DNA of 64,000 nucleotides from an uncultured Thermoplasmatales archaeon (lineage in GTDB: Archaea; Thermoplasmatota; E2; UBA202; DSCA01), in assembly GCA_964514975.1 (NCBI GenBank), contig CAZESS010000002.1, positions 64,001-128,000 on the forward strand, given 5' to 3'. Within the stretch, counting starts at the first letter, position 1. Every line of letters begins with the position of its first letter. A model generated the notes under the pieces. It searched no databases. It saw nothing but the letters and a program-made list of their open reading frames with translations, and was not told the DNA's origin. The translations under genes and the position numbers were made by a program. This document shows, in pieces, positions 10,739-22,105 of this stretch.

Positions 10739-10806
10739 TGCTGGAGGTGGGAATCGAACCCACCTGTGCCATCGGGCAGACGACGGGGATTGCTGCCCGC
10801 TCCAGC
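10739..10806 (-). ncRNA. tRNA-like element (acceptor stem + T-arm, no canonical D/anticodon arms)
   Basis: GCTGGAG/CTCCAGC acceptor stem plus discriminator A; GTGGG-TTCGATT-CCCAC T-arm; internal CGGGCAG/CTGCCCG hairpin; TTTTAAC box about 20-27 nt upstream. Confidence 0.6.
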
Positions 10807-10884
10807 AGCAATACCATGCCCGGATGTTAAAAAATGTTGCGATGGGCACGTATTTTTATAAACCACCTGGTGTTATATGCAGGT

Positions 10885-11016
10885 ATGACAACCTGTCCAG
10901 GCTGCAACACGGACAATCCCGCCGGGGCGAAGTTCTGCATGGAATGCGGGACGCCGTTACCGCAGAAAAAGACGTGCGGTGATGAATCATGGGATGAAAG
11001 CGCGGGTGGCCCGTAG
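10885..11016 (+). CDS. Small zinc-ribbon protein, or 5' remnant of a double-zinc-ribbon protein
   Basis: CPGC..NPAGAKFCMECG; TTTATAAA about 25 nt upstream. Confidence 0.55.
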   Translation: MTTCPGCNTDNPAGAKFCMECGTPLPQKKTCGDESWDESAGGP

Positions 11017-11152
11017 CGCCCCTGCTTTCGGGATGTGCTGATGATTCATTGTATGACGGCGCATGCTAGATGACGGAGGTCGTGTAGTTGCTGTATGCAC
11101 TTTGTAGGGATGGCCGGAATATTTATATATTAAATTAACAATTGTTTATTAA

Positions 11153-11556
11153 ATGAGTAATGGCACGCAGCGTATCATCCTCCTCATCGAAGACGACCCG
11201 GCCATCCAGGAACTCCTCGACATGCAATTCACATCGCTCAACGTCAAACTATACCGGGCACAGGGCGGCCTCGAAGGAGTACAGCGCTACCGGGAGCTGC
11301 ACGCCGCGCTGGCAAACGACCCGACCTGGTCATCATGGACATCAAACTGCCGGCCATGAACGGCATCGAAGCAACCAAAAAAATAAAAGAAATAGACGAC
11401 AGCGCCGTCATCTACGGGTTCACCGCCTTCGCCTCCGTCAAAGGCAAAGAACTCCGGCAGGCGGGCGCCCAAAAAGTCATCCCCCGCACCCATGGGTTCA
11501 AGGCGCTCCGGGACATCGTCATCTCCTCTATCCACGCCCGACCACCGTCAACATGA
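11153..11556 (+). pseudogene. Stand-alone response regulator receiver domain, frameshifted near 11305
   Basis: ILLIEDD in one frame; KRPDLVIMDIKLPAMNGIEAT..FTAFA in another; removing one GC repeat unit joins them. Confidence 0.85.
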
Positions 11557-11839
11557 TGTCGCGGCGCTATTGCTGCATACCTATTTCGCTTTTTCCCGGT
11601 TCTCCATTCCGAGCATGTAGCCGCCCAGACCCCTCAGCCAAAAAAGAATCGAATACGCCACCCACCGCTCGGTTCCCCCGCCACCTCTATATGTTTCTGC
11701 ATAAACGAGCGGAGCTTTTCATGCATGGTGCCGGCCCTCTTCTTATGTTATAGCCATATTATCTGCAAACCTTATGTCCTCGGGACAAAAATACAACATA
11801 CCGGCCCTTGGATACAGCGGCATGGGAAGCAAAAAATAG

Positions 11840-11970
11840 TGCTCCCGTCGGGATTCGAACCCGAGTCCTCGGCTCGCTCCGAACCTTTTTTGGATGTGAA
11901 GCACCTTTTCTAAAGGGGCGCAAGGGTTCTCGAGAGGCCGAGATGATTAACCGGACTACACTACGGGAGC
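11840..11970 (-). tRNA. tRNA-Glu(CTC) with 56-nt intron at 37/38 (intron 11875-11930)
   Basis: Acceptor GCTCCCG/CGGGAGC, T-loop TTCGAAT, anticodon loop CT-CTC-GA; BHB motif with CTCT/GGAG helix and two CGA bulges. Confidence 0.95.
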
Positions 11971-12012
11971 AGTCCACCCCCGTAATACGTTGTACTTTTT
12001 ATCATTTTTGCA

Positions 12013-12213
12013 CTAGCCGCCCGAGGCCACCCGGACGACCTTCACCATCGTGCCGTCAGGCAGCCGCTCCGTGTGCGGCACCGGCTCGTCGTCGACAACC
12101 AGGATCGCCTGCTCCGCGGTCAAATCAAGTCGTGCAAGGAGGTCGGTACCCGTGGCATCGTCGTCGAGACACAGGTCATGTCGCTCGCGCTGCATCGTCA
12201 CCGTGACATACAT
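12013..12213 (-). CDS. MoaD/ThiS-family ubiquitin-like protein (SAMP-like)
   Basis: About 66 aa beta-grasp pattern ending VASGG. Confidence 0.88.
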   Translation of the reverse strand: MYVTVTMQRERHDLCLDDDATGTDLLARLDLTAEQAILVVDDEPVPHTERLPDGTMVKVVRVASGG

Positions 12214-12253
12214 CGATACACCTAAAAACACCCCTCCTATATACGTTTCGCAC

Positions 12254-12340
12254 GCTGAGGTGGCCGAGTCCGGACCAAGGCGGTAGCCTCGAGAGCTACT
12301 GGGCCATTGGCCCTCGCAGGTTCAAATCCTGCCCTCAGCG
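12254..12340 (+). tRNA. tRNA-Ser(CGA)
   Basis: GCTGAGG/CCTCAGC acceptor, GTAGC-CTCGAGA-GCTAC anticodon arm, long variable arm, GTTCAAATC T-loop, followed by a T-tract. Confidence 0.96.
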
Positions 12341-12433
12341 CTTTTTTTCTCTGTTGCTGGGAGAAAACACAAAAATTGTTGCACGAGCACAAAATTGCTT
12401 GCAAAAAACAAACTTTTATATATATTCTCTTGA

Positions 12434-14668
12434 TTGATGGCTGTGAGTGGTGGCACCCCCAGTATCCGGGAGGTACTTGAAGAGCTTAGAGACACCTTTG
12501 ACAGGCTCGACACCGCGGTCGCCGCCCGGGAAACCCTGCTTGACAGCGGCATCCAGTTTACCATCAGCCGGACGGGCACGTTCACTACGCTCCGCCGCGC
12601 CGATACCACGCTCTCCAGGGAGGGCACCTCGTTTTTATCTGTTATCGCATCCGAGGACAAAAAAAAGGCCGCCCGTCTCTTCATGGGATGCATGGAGGGA
12701 AAACGGGTCCAGGCGACGCTCAGGCTTGTAGGTCCGCCCGGCAGCCAGGTTATCGTGATAGCTGGCCCGACAGGCGACGGCGCGGTCCATGGCATCGCCC
12801 TCGAAAAAGAGCGGCGGCCCGACACCGTGAGCGACGTCATCCATCTGGTTGCTTTGCCATTGGCCGTCACCGATCTTCTGGGCAACATCCTGGCTGTCAA
12901 CGAAGCCTTCGCAGCATTTTTTTCCCGTGACATCGAAACGGCGGCCGGTACAAACCTGCTTGAATACATCGTTTCCGACGACGAGGAAGCAGTCCGTGCC
13001 TGCATAAAAGGCGCTATTGACAACGAGGGGCACCATGTTGCGGCGCGTATGTACATCGACGAGCGGGAGATGTCCGTGGTGGTGGACATGGCACCCGTGG
13101 CGGACAGCGACAGGATGCTCGTCCATGTGGTCAACCTGGAGGACATACGGCCTGCACCTGCCAGGGCCCCTCCGTGGGAGATGGATGAAATGGACGCATT
13201 TTTCGATGCGGCCGCTGCGATGACCGGCCTGGAGGACATGATGTCCCCTGAGACGCTCTATGCCCGGGCGGTGGACCTGGTGCATGCACATCTCGATGTT
13301 GACGACTGCTTCATCGCGGTTGGCAGAGACGGGTCGCTGCGCATCGCCGCCGGCGAGACCGATGTCGACGCGCTGTCCACCGACATGCATTTCGAGGTCC
13401 GGGAAACGCTCGCCGGTACCGAGGAGCAGTACAACCCTGATGCCGGTGGCCGCAGCGAGCTGTATCTCCCGGTTACCGCCGACGGTGTCACGGCCGTTCT
13501 CGTCGTCGTCCGGGATGGCGTGGATGCGTTTTCGCGGCGCGACCGGTTTTTGCTGCATCTGCTGTCCCGACGGCTCGGGGATGCGGTGCGCCAGCACCGG
13601 CAGCGTGTTGCGCTGCAGAAATACGAGGATATCGTCAAGAAGGCGGTCGAGGGCATCTATCGCGCGACGGTCGACGGAGACATCCTGGAGGTGAACCCTG
13701 CCTTTGTGGAGATGTTCGGGTATGATGGCCATGAACGGGAGCTCGAGCAGCTCACGGCGTCTGATTTTTATGCGCAGCCTGATAAACGTGAGACGTTTCT
13801 TCAGCTCATCAGGCGGGAGGGCATCGTCCGTGACTTTGAGACCCGGTATGTGACACGGGACCGAGATACGTTTTATGGCCGTGAGTCTGCGTGGATGGCC
13901 AGCGAGGGCGGCCGGCAGGTTATCGTGGGCATCATCCAGGATATCACCGGGCAGAAAAAAACCGAGGAGGACATCTCGTTTTATAACTCGCTGCTCCGGC
14001 ATGACATCTACAACAAGCACCAGGTCGCCATCGGCTACCTCGGCCTCATCGACGAGGAGCACCTGTCCGATAAGGACACGGAGGCGCTGGCCAAGGCCCG
14101 GGGTGCGATTGATGAGGCAAACAAGCTGATAGAGACCGTTAAAAAGCTTGAGACGGTGAAGGATACCGAGCAGTATATCGCTATAGATCTTGACGATACC
14201 CTCGGGCGCGTGGTCGACCATTATGCCGGCGCCGCCGAGCAGCGTGACATCGACATCCGTCATCCGCCGAGCGGGGCCATGGTTCGGGGCAACGAGCTCC
14301 TGGAGGATGTGTTTTCCAACCTCGTCAAAAATGCCATCCAGCATTCATATGCCGACACCATCGGCATCTATGCCCGGGAGGCGGACGGCGGATGGAACGT
14401 CTACGTCGAGGATGACGGGGTCGGCATCTCGGAGGAGGACAAAAACAAGATTTTTCAGCAGGGATGGAAGGGCCGGAAGAGCACCGGCAGCGGCCTTGGT
14501 CTCTACCTCGTGAAAAAAATCATCGAGGAATGCGGTGGGTCCATCAGGGTTGAAAGCGGGGAGGACGAATACCCGGAGGGTACCCGGTTTGTCATCCATC
14601 TCAAAAAAGGCTCCAGGGGAGGCAACGCGGACGACTGTGACTCGCAGATCATGGGCGTCCACTGGTAA
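12434..14668 (+). CDS. PAS/GAF sensor histidine kinase
   Basis: PAS motifs (VNEAF, VNPAF), H-box LLRHDIYN, NLVKNAIQH, VEDDGVGI, GSGLGL. Confidence 0.92.
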   Translation: MMAVSGGTPSIREVLEELRDTFDRLDTAVAARETLLDSGIQFTISRTGTFTTLRRADTTLSREGTSFLSVIASEDKKKAARLFMGCMEGKRVQATLRLVGPPGSQVIVIAGPTGDGAVHGIALEKERRPDTVSDVIHLVALPLAVTDLLGNILAVNEAFAAFFSRDIETAAGTNLLEYIVSDDEEAVRACIKGAIDNEGHHVAARMYIDEREMSVVVDMAPVADSDRMLVHVVNLEDIRPAPARAPPWEMDEMDAFFDAAAAMTGLEDMMSPETLYARAVDLVHAHLDVDDCFIAVGRDGSLRIAAGETDVDALSTDMHFEVRETLAGTEEQYNPDAGGRSELYLPVTADGVTAVLVVVRDGVDAFSRRDRFLLHLLSRRLGDAVRQHRQRVALQKYEDIVKKAVEGIYRATVDGDILEVNPAFVEMFGYDGHERELEQLTASDFYAQPDKRETFLQLIRREGIVRDFETRYVTRDRDTFYGRESAWMASEGGRQVIVGIIQDITGQKKTEEDISFYNSLLRHDIYNKHQVAIGYLGLIDEEHLSDKDTEALAKARGAIDEANKLIETVKKLETVKDTEQYIAIDLDDTLGRVVDHYAGAAEQRDIDIRHPPSGAMVRGNELLEDVFSNLVKNAIQHSYADTIGIYAREADGGWNVYVEDDGVGISEEDKNKIFQQGWKGRKSTGSGLGLYLVKKIIEECGGSIRVESGEDEYPEGTRFVIHLKKGSRGGNADDCDSQIMGVHW

Positions 14669-14758
14669 CCCTGGCGCGACGAGCAGGCGTGGCGCCACTG
14701 GCAGTGTGCTTCAAAAACCTTATTTAGGGGTTTGCGTTTCCCCGGTAAGGTGCTCACA

Positions 14759-15142
14759 ATGAAAGACGTGGTCGAAGTCAAAGACTTAAAAGAGGGACGA
14801 TACATACTCATTGACGATGAACCCTGCCGGATTGTCAGCATGACGACGTCCAAGCCTGGCAAGCATGGAGAAGCGAAAGCCCGCATCGAGGCGATCGGCA
14901 TCTTTGACGGCCAGAAGCGAAGCATGGTGAACCCGGTTAGACACAAGGTCAACGTACCGCTCATCGACAAGCGGCGCGGCCAGGTCATCTCAATGCAGGG
15001 CGGAAACGCCCAGCTCATGGACATGGAAACATATGAAACCTTCACCATCGAGGTGCCCAAGGACATGAAGGGAAAACTGGACAACGGACAGGAGGTCCGC
15101 TACCTCCAGGCCATGGGCCGCAAAAAGATAACGCAGGCCTAA
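14759..15142 (+). CDS. eif5a: Translation factor aIF5A
   Basis: SKPGKHGEAKARI hypusination loop. Confidence 0.96.
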   Translation: MKDVVEVKDLKEGRYILIDDEPCRIVSMTTSKPGKHGEAKARIEAIGIFDGQKRSMVNPVRHKVNVPLIDKRRGQVISMQGGNAQLMDMETYETFTIEVPKDMKGKLDNGQEVRYLQAMGRKKITQA

Positions 15143-15165
15143 CACCCCTGCTGCATCACCTCGTT

Positions 15166-17185
<2,020 letters not shown>

Positions 17186-17231
17186 AGGGTAAGTAAGACC
17201 TAGCGCTTAATAAAATTTTTCAAATCTCCGG

Positions 17232-17468
17232 CTATCGCCTTCTGAGCTCCTCGACCTCCTTCTGCAGCTCTATCAGCATCGACATGAACACTGCCTCCAT
17301 GTGGTTGAGCCGCGCCGCCGCATGACCCGCCGAGGCGTGCTGCCGGGCCTTGTGCATGAGCCGGTCATAGTGTTCCTGCTCGGATGGGTCGAGCGCCCGT
17401 CGGTATGGCCGCCATTCCTGCTCGACTTTAAACTGTTTTCGCTGGTAGAGTGGTACTGTCATCCCCAT
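17232..17468 (-). CDS. Small helical protein resembling the PolB2-associated family
   Basis: MGMTVP..WRPYRRAL..YDRLM..ARQHASA..EAVFMSMLIELQKE. Confidence 0.6.
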   Translation of the reverse strand: MGMTVPLYQRKQFKVEQEWRPYRRALDPSEQEHYDRLMHKARQHASAGHAAARLNHMEAVFMSMLIELQKEVEELRRR

Positions 17469-17629
17469 GCTATCACGCTCATACAACGGCGTGGCAGGTT
17501 AAAAGAGAAGGGAGGGGGCAGCGGGGCTTGTTTTTAAACGTTGCGCCGACCGGCCGTTGTTGGTTCCATGTCGGGGAATCTGTGTACTGGAGCGGTGATG
17601 GAATGGAAAGACGTGGGGAAAAAAGGGGT

Positions 17630-17866
17630 TTATGCCGGTACCCTGCTCAGGATCATGGCACCGGACACCCCGTGTGTGTTTCGTATCGTGTCCATCACCC
17701 GGTGTTCCTCCCGGCTGTCCGCCACATCGAGACGGGCCAGCAGATTGTAGGCGCCGTTGCCCGCAAGGGTGCGGAGGCTGCCTACACCTTGCTGCAGCGA
17801 CAGCGCATGCTGCACCTGCTGCAGCTCTGTCGGTGGAACCCGGAGGAGGGCATATCTCGATGCCAT
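17630..17866 (-). CDS. Stand-alone Lrp/AsnC ligand-binding (RAM) domain protein
   Basis: 78 aa; GAYNLLARL..IRNTHGV pattern; no HTH. Confidence 0.65.
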   Translation of the reverse strand: MASRYALLRVPPTELQQVQHALSLQQGVGSLRTLAGNGAYNLLARLDVADSREEHRVMDTIRNTHGVSGAMILSRVPA

Positions 17867-18097
17867 GGCACCGCAACCACCCGCCTAAATATATACTTTT
17901 CCGCTTTAAAATATATATGTATATCTAAAATAAATATATTCGATGGTCTTTTTCGGTCGACCCGCACGCAACCAGCCACGGGAGGATGGCATTGACCCCC
18001 ATGCAGCGGTACAGCCACAGTGTCAGCTCCAGTGGACGTGTTTTTCTGTACCCGTAACATTAATTTGGTGGGGGTCGCATTACGTGTGGGTAACAGC

Positions 18098-19585
18098 ATG
18101 AAGCCAGAGACGGCGCTGGTAAGCGTCTACGACAAGACAGGTATCGTGGATTTTTGTTCCGCACTCAATACATCCGGTGTCTCCATCGTTTCAACGGGTG
18201 GCACTGCCGACGTGCTTGCCGACAGAGGAATCGAGGTGATTCCAATAGAAGAAATCACCGGCTTCACGGGTCTCCTGGACGGTCGGGTGAAAACGCTGCA
18301 CACAGACATCTATGCCGGCATCCTGGCCCGGCGTGACAGCAATGACATGGACATGCTCAGGGAGCAAGACATCAAACCCGTCGACATGGTGGTCTGCAAT
18401 TTTTATGACCCCTCGCTCGGGCTTGAAAAGATGGACATCGGGGGGCCCTGCATGGTCCGGGCGGCAGCGAAAAACTGGCGGGATGTCGCAGTGGTGTCGC
18501 ATCCATCACAGTACAGCCGGGTTGCCGACGCGCTCCCCGACCTTGACGAGAAACTTCGGATGGAACTCGCCCACGAGGCCGTCCGGCGTACCGCATACTA
18601 CGATGCATCAATCGCCGGGCAGAGCGATAGCAATGACTTCCCGGAGCTGCTCGTCCCCCCATTCTATCTCGAAAAAACCCTTCGCTACGGGGAAAACCCG
18701 CACCAGCGCGGCGCGTTCTACCGCGGCGCCATCGGGGAGCCCTGTGTCGCGAGCGCGGTGAAACTACAGGGAAAGGAAATATCCTACAACAACATCCTGG
18801 ACGCCAACGACGCCATCGAATGCGTGAAGGAATTCGAGGAGCCGACCGTGGTTATCATGAAGCATGCGACACCATCCGGCGTTGCGTCATCACCGAGCCT
18901 TTCCGATGCATGGGATGCAGCCTATGCCACCGACGAGTACTCGCCTTTCGGCGGCGTGGTGGCCGTCAACCGGGACGTCGACCGCGCGCTCGCTGAAAAA
19001 ATGACCCAGATTTTCCTCGAGGTCATCATCGCCCCTGGCTATACGGAGGCCGCCCGGGAGATACTTGAGCAAAAGGAAAAGCTCCGTCTGCTCGAGATAG
19101 AGGGGCTCGACTGCGTGGAGCGCCACCCCTCGTTTATGGTGCGGAGCGTGGGCGGCGGCCTGCTCGTCCAGGACCGGGACATCAAGCCGTTCGACCCTGG
19201 TGAATGGCGGGTGATGACCGAGAAGGAGCCCACGCCCGATGACATCGAGACCCTGGCGTTCGCGGCGAAATGCGTCAAGCATGTCAAGTCGAACGCGATC
19301 GTGTTCGCCAAGGGCACCCATACCGTGGCTATCGGTGGCGGGCAGACATCCCGGGTCGATGCAAGCTGGATAGCCACCAAAAAAGGCGGCGCAAACGTCA
19401 AGGGGGCAGTGATGGCGTCGGATGCGTTTTTCCCGTTTCGTGATGCAGTCGACGTGGCCGCGAAAGCGGGCATCCGAGCCATCGTGCAGCCCGGCGGGTC
19501 AATCCGCGACGGCGAGGTCATCGAGGCAGCCGACGAACACGACATCCCGATGGTGTTCACCGACCGCCGGTATTTCCTGCATTGA
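18098..19585 (+). CDS. purH: Bifunctional IMP cyclohydrolase / AICAR transformylase
   Basis: ALVSVYDKTG, GRVKTLH, DIGGP, LRYGENPHQ, SYNNILD, ASDAFFPF, QPGGS. Confidence 0.97.
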   Translation: MKPETALVSVYDKTGIVDFCSALNTSGVSIVSTGGTADVLADRGIEVIPIEEITGFTGLLDGRVKTLHTDIYAGILARRDSNDMDMLREQDIKPVDMVVCNFYDPSLGLEKMDIGGPCMVRAAAKNWRDVAVVSHPSQYSRVADALPDLDEKLRMELAHEAVRRTAYYDASIAGQSDSNDFPELLVPPFYLEKTLRYGENPHQRGAFYRGAIGEPCVASAVKLQGKEISYNNILDANDAIECVKEFEEPTVVIMKHATPSGVASSPSLSDAWDAAYATDEYSPFGGVVAVNRDVDRALAEKMTQIFLEVIIAPGYTEAAREILEQKEKLRLLEIEGLDCVERHPSFMVRSVGGGLLVQDRDIKPFDPGEWRVMTEKEPTPDDIETLAFAAKCVKHVKSNAIVFAKGTHTVAIGGGQTSRVDASWIATKKGGANVKGAVMASDAFFPFRDAVDVAAKAGIRAIVQPGGSIRDGEVIEAADEHDIPMVFTDRRYFLH

Positions 19586-19588
19586 ACG

Positions 19589-20062
19589 CTACGGTTTCGA
19601 CGGCGCCGCGAGAAGCTCATGGATTAACGCGGTAGCTTGCTCTATCCCCCGCTGCACCTCGGGGCTCATGTCGCCGTGGCCGAACTGCTTGCATGACACG
19701 CCGATGAAATGCAGCTCTTCTGGAAAGCATGACATTACCTTTTCCAGGATTCTGAGTCCCTCGCCAACGCCGAGCATGTGCGCATCGGTCGCAACGTCGG
19801 TGAGCCCCGAGAACACCTCCTCGTCCGCGAAATGAACGACCGCTCCGGCTGGCAGCTCCTGTGCATAGACGGCATCCACGACGATGACCCGCTGTTCATC
19901 CCGGTAGGCATTGCTGAAGCGGAAGATGTCGGTGCCCAGATAGACGAGGCGAGCGTCGACCGTTCCCCGCAATGCCTCATGGACGCACAGTCCGACGGCG
20001 TCCTCGCCTGCCAGGGTGCTCCCCAGCGTGACCACTAAAGCCTGGTGACGTGGACACTGCAT
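19589..20062 (-). CDS. Hydrogenase maturation protease
   Basis: LGSTLAGEDAVG, VIVVDAV, DAH; directly follows the large subunit gene (start uncertain). Confidence 0.85.
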   Translation of the reverse strand: MQCPRHQALVVTLGSTLAGEDAVGLCVHEALRGTVDARLVYLGTDIFRFSNAYRDEQRVIVVDAVYAQELPAGAVVHFADEEVFSGLTDVATDAHMLGVGEGLRILEKVMSCFPEELHFIGVSCKQFGHGDMSPEVQRGIEQATALIHELLAAPSKP

Positions 20063-21318
20063 GATATGCAGGGGTCATAGGCACGGGACACCATTTCGAG
20101 CTTGCCGGCGATGGTTTGCTCGTCCCGGCAGCCGTTCTGCCAGAGCCCGGTTGCCATGTCCCCGATGTCGACCTCCAGCATGGGCAAAAACATCGCCGTG
20201 GGCGTGATGACATCCGCCTCGACAACCCGGTCGTCCTCGATGCCGATGGAATAGATGAGCAGCCCCCGGGGTGCCTCGGTCACCGCAACACCCTCGCCGC
20301 TGCTCCTCGACGGCTCCGCCGGCTGCTCCTGCTCCGGCTCGCCGATTTCATCGATGAGATCCCTAATGCGCTCCAAAAAGGAGACCATCTCGATGGCCTG
20401 CGCGTAGTTGTTGGCAAACGGGTTGTCCGGGGTCAAAAACGCGCTGTGCTGCTCCATGAGCTCCCGAGCGCGGCCGGTGAGCAGGTCGCCGTTATTGGCC
20501 AGACGGGAGAGCGCGCCGACCATGAACGGCTCGTCCTTGTAGCTCCCGCGCTTCGCGAACGAGTAGGGGGCGACGTGTTCCTGCAGATGGTAGATGTAGT
20601 CCTCCACATGGAACGAGTCATCGTCGGATGACATGATCTCGGTGCCGTATACGCCGTAATGGTCGGGGCAGGTGATGGAGAGATGCCGGCGCGGGCTGTC
20701 CACGTAGGAGGGATACTCGTATTCGGTGAAAAAGTCAACGGCTCGCTCGGCGGTGGCGATGCCCTGCTCGGCCATGTCCCGGATGCCCTGCATTTTGTTC
20801 CAGCCGGGCAGCTTTCCGAAGCCGCCGACCAGGGCGCTCTCGGGATGAATGGAACGGCTGCCGAGCGAGGACTGTATCTCGGCGCCGATGTCCTTGAGGT
20901 ATATGCCGTCCTTGACGAGGCTGCTCTGCTGCTCCGCGACCGCAAACGCGTCCGGGTAGCCCAGGTAGTCGGGGATGACGAGCAGGTAGAGATGGAGCGC
21001 ATGGCTTTCGATGATGTTGCCGAGATAGAGCAGCTCGCGCAGCAGCCTGGTCTGCTCCGATGGCTCAACGTCGAGGGCCTGTTCGACGGCCTCGATGGGC
21101 GTGAGCTTGTGGGGGGTGCTGCAGAACGAGCAGATGCGCGGGAAGATGGCGACGGCGTCGCGCCAGTGCTTGTTTTTGGTGATGGTTTCGAAGAAGCGTG
21201 GCCCCTCGGTGACCGTGAGCTTTGCCTCGACACCTTCGTCGCTGACGTCCACATCGATGCCTGCCTTGCCCTCGATACGAGCGATGTGGTCAACCGTGAT
21301 TTCCTGGGATATTTTCAT
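20035..21318 (-). CDS. hydA: Group 3b [NiFe] (sulf)hydrogenase large subunit
   Basis: ARIEG, RICSFC (L1), EAPRG, DPCISCSVH (L2). Confidence 0.95.
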   Translation of the reverse strand: MKISQEITVDHIARIEGKAGIDVDVSDEGVEAKLTVTEGPRFFETITKNKHWRDAVAIFPRICSFCSTPHKLTPIEAVEQALDVEPSEQTRLLRELLYLGNIIESHALHLYLLVIPDYLGYPDAFAVAEQQSSLVKDGIYLKDIGAEIQSSLGSRSIHPESALVGGFGKLPGWNKMQGIRDMAEQGIATAERAVDFFTEYEYPSYVDSPRRHLSITCPDHYGVYGTEIMSSDDDSFHVEDYIYHLQEHVAPYSFAKRGSYKDEPFMVGALSRLANNGDLLTGRARELMEQHSAFLTPDNPFANNYAQAIEMVSFLERIRDLIDEIGEPEQEQPAEPSRSSGEGVAVTEAPRGLLIYSIGIEDDRVVEADVITPTAMFLPMLEVDIGDMATGLWQNGCRDEQTIAGKLEMVSRAYDPCISCSVHVTRL

Positions 21319-22100
21319 TGTTCCTCCTCATAGATGTCGTCGAGTATCTCCTGCATGCGGGGATGCCTCGCAGAGAATATGGCCATGCGTTTCTGGACGC
21401 TGTCGCGGTCCATGCCCTTTTCCCTGAACGTTTTAGCGAGGGAGTCGAACCATGCCGTGTCATGGGGCACGGCGCCGCGGCAGCCGATGCATGGCACGTC
21501 GTAGGATATGCAGCGGGCGTTGCATCCCGCAACCGTCACGGGACCGAGACAGGGCTCGCCCCGCTCGATCAGGATGCAGGGATTGCCGGCCCGGCGGCAT
21601 TCCGCGCAGACCGGGTAGTCTTTTTCCTCCGGCCAGGTGCCCATGGCGAGCGTCGCCAGGTAGTACATAATCTCGGGCTCCTCGGGCGGGCAGCCGGGCA
21701 GCCGGTAATCGACCTCGATAACGGAGTCGATGGGACGGGCGACGCAGCCCTCGTAGTCCATCTTGCTGTCGCCGTACACGTCCCGAAATGCCTCCTGGTA
21801 GCTGATACCCTCGTCGGTGAGGATGGCCTGTACGCCGCCGTGTATGGCGCATGAGCCGACCGCGATGACGACGCCGGCGTTGTCGCGTATCTGCCGGAGT
21901 TCCTGCTCGTCCATCTCGGTGCTCACGCTGCCCTCGACGAACGCCACGTCAACCGGCGAGATGTCGCCCCTGCTGGACAGCATGTAAAAATATTCGATGT
22001 CGAACCTGCCGACGACGTCGAGGATGCGCCGGACGACGGCAAGGCTGAGCTGGCATCCGTAGCAGGAGGTCAAGCCGTGTACGCCTATTTTCATGGTCAT
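21315..22100 (-). CDS. hydD: Group 3b hydrogenase small (delta) subunit
   Basis: TSCYGCQ, EGSV, GSCA..GG, PGCPP, CLGPVT, CIGCRG. Confidence 0.93.
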   Translation of the reverse strand: MTMKIGVHGLTSCYGCQLSLAVVRRILDVVGRFDIEYFYMLSSRGDISPVDVAFVEGSVSTEMDEQELRQIRDNAGVVIAVGSCAIHGGVQAILTDEGISYQEAFRDVYGDSKMDYEGCVARPIDSVIEVDYRLPGCPPEEPEIMYYLATLAMGTWPEEKDYPVCAECRRAGNPCILIERGEPCLGPVTVAGCNARCISYDVPCIGCRGAVPHDTAWFDSLAKTFREKGMDRDSVQKRMAIFSARHPRMQEILDDIYEEEQ

Positions 22101-22105
22101 GGTAT

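Noticed and set aside
10430-10740. Possible RNase P or SRP RNA in the long intergenic region
   Set aside because: No GAGGAAAGUCC-type P4 motif or SRP helix 8 motif recognised on either strand
10739-10806. tRNA-Sec, tRNA-Pyl or split-tRNA half
   Set aside because: No UCA/CUA anticodon arm and too short for Sec; both acceptor strands are present, unlike a split half
12635-14344. Long antisense ORFs (also 2506-4020, 6973-8175, 8640-9767, 22701-23957)
   Set aside because: Shadows of real genes expected at high GC; no motifs
17940-18097. ZMP/ZTP riboswitch upstream of purH
   Set aside because: Consensus elements not recognisable by eye; would need an Infernal search
20035-21318. Selenocysteine recoding in the hydrogenase
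   Set aside because: The L2 motif has ordinary Cys codons with no in-frame TGA
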